Source: Podarcis vaucheri
Lineage: Eukaryota
Strand: one strand, 5' to 3'
Assembly (NCBI GenBank): GCA_965113315.1
Contig: OZ220378.1
DNA length: 64,000 nucleotides
Part shown: one piece after another, positions 53,310 through 64,000 of the stretch
Position numbering within the stretch: position 1 is the stretch's first letter
Layout: every line of letters begins with the position of its first letter
Position numbers and translations under genes: made by a program
The notes under the pieces: generated by a model
Database searches by the model: none
The model's input: the letters and a program-made list of their open reading frames with translations, nothing else
What the model was told of the DNA's origin: nothing

Positions 53310-56300
53310 ACATGACAAAAACTGTATTTCAGATGTATTTCAAGTTAGACAATAAAACTGTATTGAAGGGAGGGGGTTAAACAGACATTTGTACACTTTG
53401 TTACAAAACTGTAGAGCTACAATTTGTTGTAAAATCACTTTTTGGTCAGCAAACATTGCAAAATCTTTGTGTGCAATTACTGTGTATTTACAGGCTTCCT
53501 GTTAGTGATTTTCAATTATTATTATTATTATTATTATTTAGACAATAACATCACACACTCAACAAAGGACATGGCTTAAGATAAATATATTAGTAAATAA
53601 ATATTCTGAGAACATCTTTCCATAAATGAAATGTGCTGCTATACATATACAGAATGTACACAAGTTGTTTCATAGCCTTAGAAACATTAAAAATAGTAAT
53701 GGAGAAAGAGCCCTTTAACCATATTACAAATCTTTACAGTACATTTTATACAAAACTGTTTTAAGTGCTACAGAAGTTTCATTTTCTTAAAAAAGTTTTT
53801 TTTAAAAAAAATAGTGCCTCATGAGCCCATCAAATTGGCAACAATTAATTAAATAGGAAGGCATTTTGGATTAAAAACATCTATTGTACTGACCATTACA
53901 AAACCTTTGTCATGAAGCTCTAGGACGAGGAAATGAAGACACACAGCAGCCAGAAACTGGAAGCACCCTTGTTACTGGGGGTGAGGAGCAAGCGAGGAGA
54001 GAGACTTTCTAACCCAGCTCTTCAGGTCCAACTGCAAAGTGTCCAAGGCACGCAAACTCCACAGAGGAGCCTGTTCCTGCCTTCTGATCCTGAGACTGAG
54101 CTCAGGGCTGGGAAACCTGCTGTTGGGATTACACCCTCTCCTCGTCCCTGACCTCTGGCTGGGGATGATGGAAGAAGCAGGAGACCCAACATCATCAGCA
54201 GGAGGCCACAAGCGCCCCATAACCGGGGTGCTTACCTGTTGCCACTTTCTGAGTGGTTCCCCGCATTGTCACACTCAGGTGGGATCTTCACCTGTGCAGA
54301 AAGCATTTGGGAAGGGCTTAGAAGAGCTTGCAGCCCCTGCTCTCACGCAGGGAAGCTCCATGGCCACTGCACACCTCTGGCCTCTCCTGCCATTCCTTGG
54401 AGCAAGCCGCAGCCCCGATATAAGAGCCTGGCCTTCATTCAACAGGGAAGGAAAGTGGGTACAGAGGTGCTTGGAGTGGCCACTCCAAAGAGTTCTGGTT
54501 CCTCCCGGAATGAAACTTGGCTGGTTCTGCGGCCTAGTCTCAGGGGTGAGTTCAGAGAGGGTGCGTCCTGTGAAGGGCACATCATATCTGTAGGCAGGCA
54601 TCCTGAGAGGAGATGATGCCCCTGTCACGCAAGTCAGGCGATGGGGCCCTTAGGGAGAGGCTCCACAGACACTAGGTATTGCCATCAACCAGTACCCAAG
54701 TGAAGGCTATAAAGAGAAGGTCGGATTCTGGAGTGAGTCCTGAAGATTGATCTAAAATGAGGATCAACATAGAAGGTTCCAGAAAGGAAAAGGCCACTCC
54801 CGATAAACACCAAGGCAAGACATCAGACCAACCGGTCATTGCTCCAGTGGGGCAGGCAAGCTCACTGGACTTTGCAGCATGCCTTTTGTCCGATGAGGGT
54901 TAGCTTTCAGTTACCTAAAGTTGCCAATGTAGACTTCCCCCACAGAAAAGCAAATCTCAATTACCGGTAGAACATGAGAGACTTAATCTCATGGTCATGT
55001 GTTAGAGGCCCACATTAAGCAAAACATTCCCGCATTGCAGGAGGTTGGACTAGATGAAGAGCAAAAAGTAATCAACTCCCAGGCTCTGGAGGATCTGAAA
55101 TTGGCCTGAATACCCCAGGGGTGTTTTCAAGTTTGTCTCTGAAATGCAAATAAGTGTACTGACCATCAAGGTGGTCCAAACAAGCCTGGAAGGGCTTAAA
55201 CACGCTCAGGTTGGACACTGAGCAGAAAAGATCTGTTCGTTGTCTGGTGCTTTGAGCCTTAATTCTGTGTATCCTTCATAGCTTGGGAGCTGAAACACTG
55301 CTAGAAGACAGATGCCAGATTGTCAGACCTCATGGACAAGATTCTAAGAAAGTGCTAGTGGCAGAAATCAGTGCAAGACAGAAAAGTGGGTAACAACCAC
55401 TGAACCTGTTTAAGGGTAGTAGAAGGCACTCAAAATGGATCTACCCAATGACTGCTAAGGATCAGAGGCAGTGCCTGAGCATTGCTAGCAAACAAAGGGA
55501 AGTGTGAAAAATGGAGGCTAGAGTTTGGCATCAGATGCTGACACCCAGCACATCATTAGCATGCAGACTGTTAAAACTTCTGGTACTAAGCTGCTGGGTA
55601 GTGTGTTATGGTTCTGGACAGTTAAGAGTTAACACTCCAGGAGCGTTCTTATCAACTGGGTGCATTGCCCACATGACCCAGGCATTTTCCTTTGATCTGT
55701 GCTCTGTGGGGGCTGAGCTCTCTCTGGAGAGCAGTCTGTCTGAGAATGTGAGCAAGGTAGTTTCGTTTTTGTTAGAGGCAGAAGCTGCAAGCATGCAGCT
55801 AGATTCTGCAGGTTTTTCTTTTCTGTTTGTTATGTTTCTAAATAGTGTTAGAATAGAAGCACTGGTGTCGAGCTGAGTTATCGAAGACACCACGTCGACA
55901 CAGACAAGCCATTTTACACTGCGAATGAACTCTGCTATTATCTGGCAACTGAGGAGAGTGGCAGTGTGTGGGTGCCACTGGAGTTTGTCGTAGTGGCAAT
56001 AAATCAAATTTATTGCAGGGCCGTTGCAGCAGGCTCAGTGGGTCAAAGGATTAACGACCCACAAACTTTAACATAGTGAAATGAATTCACCCCTCTTCTC
56101 CCATCTCATAGATATTAATCATTCAGAAATGACCCAGGTACCAAGACTGCAGAATTCATTTAAGTTCTAGAGCAGGGACCAGATCTTCTGCTGTTTGCAG
56201 AAGTCCACAAGATTATCTACATAGGTGTGCTGGGTTCCAAGGCCCAGGCTAGATCATTCCCACAAACCAGTAATATTTGCTAGAAACTGCCCTTATGCAA

Positions 56301-58981
56301 GATGCATCTGTATGGTTCCTGGTATGCACTGAGATGCCATCTATAAAGGTACAAGATCCAGACGATGTCCTTTGTGTTAAAGCATCTATACTGCATGTGC
56401 TGTGCACCCAGGGGGTTAGTATACCAAGACCACAAGCAACCTGTAGTGGGAATAAATCTGTATCTCTGCCTGGTACGAAGACTTGGATGAAATGCCAGGA
56501 CTCCATTATCATCCATTCAGAGAGACAAGAAGGTGCCTGCATTTAAACCACATGCCTCAAGTACAAAGAGGAAACCAGAGTGCCCTAGGTAACAAGATTG
56601 TCTGTACTGAGGATGCTCGGTACTGAGGATTGATCAGAGTGTGAGGCTGGCTGCACACGTGTTTCAGCACCAAGCTGAGGAGGGTGAACTGTGGAGCCAT
56701 TGTGGATATGGAAGTCTCAGTCATCACTGGAAATGATGACACACTGGCCCAAAGCACGAGTTGTGAATGTGTCTGAGCATCCAAAAAAAACAAGATTGCT
56801 GGGCTGACTGAGGAAGGCAAAAACAGAGGTTGGAACCGATCATTGTGCAGTTTTGGGGATATGACAGTTCTTGCTATCAGCCTTGTGCCATTTTGAGCTC
56901 AAACACTGTTGGCTCCAGTCGGTATCATCACAAAACTTGGGGATTGACAAACCTGGCAGCACTTGGATGGGATACCAACAGGAGTTGAGGCAACAGCCTT
57001 CAGCAAGATGGTCACCCAACATAGAGAACTGTGGCTGGGCAGGGCCACAAGAGGGTTCAGCCTGAGCGCCATGTTCCCTTCTGAAAAACCTTCCTGAGAT
57101 GGACCTCAGCGGAGCACATTTCTGCCAGGCACAGGGGGTGTTCCCACTTGAAAGTGGCACCCTGTAAAGTGCAGAAGCCACAATTTTGGACATTAAAAAA
57201 ATGAAGGCAAAACTATGGATTCCTGCATTGCAAGGGGGTTGGACTAGATGACCCTGAGGGTCCTTTCCAACTCTATAATTCTATGAAAGCAGATAGAAAC
57301 TGAGGTACTCAAAAAGGAAAGTTTCCAAATTCAGTTCCTTCTCTCCTTTCTCGCTTTGGATGACACACATATATTCAATGACAGGAAATAAAGTGAAATG
57401 AAATATATTTTGAGGATAAATATTTGTAAAGAGAGGGAGGGAGGGAGAGTGTCTTGCTTGAAAAGAAACTGAGGAGAAAGTGGAGCCCCCTGACTTGAGG
57501 AAGTCAGCTGGCACAGGGGTCCCCCCACTCTGGAACAGGGCTGCAAGCTCTTCTAAGCTCCAGAACCTTCTGGAATGCTGCTGTGTGGTTGCAGATCCTG
57601 CCTACGTCACAGCACAGAGATCATAAGAGCATGAGGCGAGGAGGCCCTCACCTTGGCTTTGATCTCATATGCAGAAATCAAAACAGAACCCATTTTCCTT
57701 CCCTGTGCTCTCCTTGCACACACAAACACACGGCTGAGAGGGACTGCAGCTCACCAGGGAACTTCACGTGGTGAGCGTGTACAATGCTGAGTTAATAATT
57801 ACTGACGGGTAAAACACTAGGGTCTGTTCGTTTAACCTATAACAGGTTAAGAGCTCTTTGAAATTTATACTAGTCAAGCTTTCTTTTTATTTTCATGAGC
57901 TGGGCACAAATGGAGATGTTAGGTACCTTTCTAAATCACACAGTGCCATTGGTTTTAGTAAATTAAACTGAGGCTGGGGCAGGGAGAGAGTTCTAGGCAC
58001 ATTCCATTAAGAAAACATTAAACACCCTCCTCCCACAATCCACATTTTGGACACAGTTTAGCAAAATGTCCATCACAGACATCACAGAGAAGATAGAAGC
58101 AGCCCGCATACAGCATGCATCCACAGACCCCAAACAGTGGCATTCCCTGAGGTCCTGCCCACGCAGACCAGGTGCCCTTTGGAATCATGCCTATGGGAGA
58201 CAGAAGCCATTGTTTCCACAGGAAACGATTAACAATTGGAAGCAAGTGACAACATGCATCAACAGAAAAAGAGGGAGGGATCTCTGCCTGCCGGGGCATG
58301 AGTGCAGGCAGGCACAAGGCACAGGCCTCAGAGCAGTGGCAGCAACCATCTCTGCAGCAGCGGACACAAGGCAGGGCTTAGGTCCAGCCTTAACCAACAC
58401 ACCCCTCGGAAGAGCAGCACCAGGCTCCCGCATCATCCCCAAAAGCCCTTTCCTGTTTCAGAAGACCCCTGAGATTACTGCGGCAGGTGTGCTCCTTGGA
58501 AACATTCATTGGTCCCCCGACCCCTCATCTTCTGGGGGCAGGTGAAGCTATCCTGGAAGATGCTATGCTCCAGAACGCTCCTGACTGCTACCCCCAACTC
58601 CTTGACTGGTGCTGGACTGGCTGTGAGGAGGAAGGGGCACTCCGCAGCCAGCCTGCTTTCCCTGCCCCCTCGCAGCCATCCTCATTGCTGCCACTCCTTT
58701 GGACTTCTTTTCCTTCAAGGTGCCGTTTGCTTTCTGAGGCAGGCCCAGATGATCTCTGCAAGCAGCAGGGCTTGATGGCCCTCTCTGGGCTCCTGCCCAG
58801 CTGCAAGAGGTGGCAGAAGTGGCACGGTGGCTTGTTACGAACACTTTGTGGCATAGAGGCTGCAGTGCACACTGCGGAAGGTGCCTTCTCCAGTTGACCA
58901 CTTCAATGGGTGAGCAAAAGCTAGAGACAATTTTGAAGTCCAGCAGAGATCGCGAGGCACAAAGACAGGCTCCTGCTCTCA
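53310..58981 (-). other. ZNRF3: Probable long ZNRF3 3' UTR, with AU-rich terminal segment at about 53310-53900
   Basis: TE-poor stretch downstream of the stop. The terminal block is AU-rich with a Pumilio element TGTAAATA (53485-53492, minus) and variant AATACA signals near 53323-53340. The 3' end position is inferred. Confidence 0.55.
57215..57286 (+). mobile_element. CR1 extreme 3' end inside the ZNRF3 3' region
   Basis: ggattcctgcattg...gggttggactagatgacc...tccaactctataattctatga. Confidence 0.75.
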
Positions 58982-63752
<4,771 letters not shown>

Positions 63753-64000
63753 CTTAGAAGAAAAATCAGGGCGAGGAGGAGGCAAGAGATGGACAAAGAT
63801 CAGCAGGGTTAGCTTTTTTCCAGCTCAATGACATACGCCTTTTGGTTACATTCAAAGCAGGCAGAGATTTTTCAGCTGGCAGCAGCAGCTAACATGTTGA
63901 ACTAAACTGGAACGGTTAAAGTTTGAGGTACGCCACACCCAAAAGACTCCAAAAGGAATCCCGAGGTTTCAGAGTTTGCTGAAAGCTTTCATAAGAAATT

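Overview
Vertebrate genomic DNA, most likely a lacertid-type lizard judging by its Sauria SINEs and its CR1/L2/MITE repertoire. The + strand carries the last 39 coding exons of KNTC1 (kinetochore protein Rod; 2491-50464, about 1483 codons). All introns are GT-AG and all exon phases are consistent. The - strand carries the last 5 coding exons of ZNRF3 (TM, RING-H2, Ser-rich tail; 63752-58982) and a long 3' UTR, so the two genes lie tail-to-tail. Introns are dense with mobile DNA: a Ty1/Copia 3' end with its LTR, at least five solo LTRs (three with perfect target-site duplications, one near-perfect), a nearly full L2 LINE nested in an L1-like retroposon, several CR1 pieces, Sauria SINEs, Tc1/mariner(Tigger)-type and hAT MITEs, a Tigger transposase relic and a Penelope-type palindrome. 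The most unusual signals are: solo LTRs with long acidic/basic ORFs in the same register relative to the LTR terminus; an 18-bp stem around the Copia PPT/LTR junction; a cluster of hairpins around a palindromic AATAAA pair in the ZNRF3 3' region; an inverted L2 pair bracketing three KNTC1 exons; and the KNTC1-ZNRF3 adjacency itself. Homology calls come from recalled protein and repeat sequences, not from database searches.
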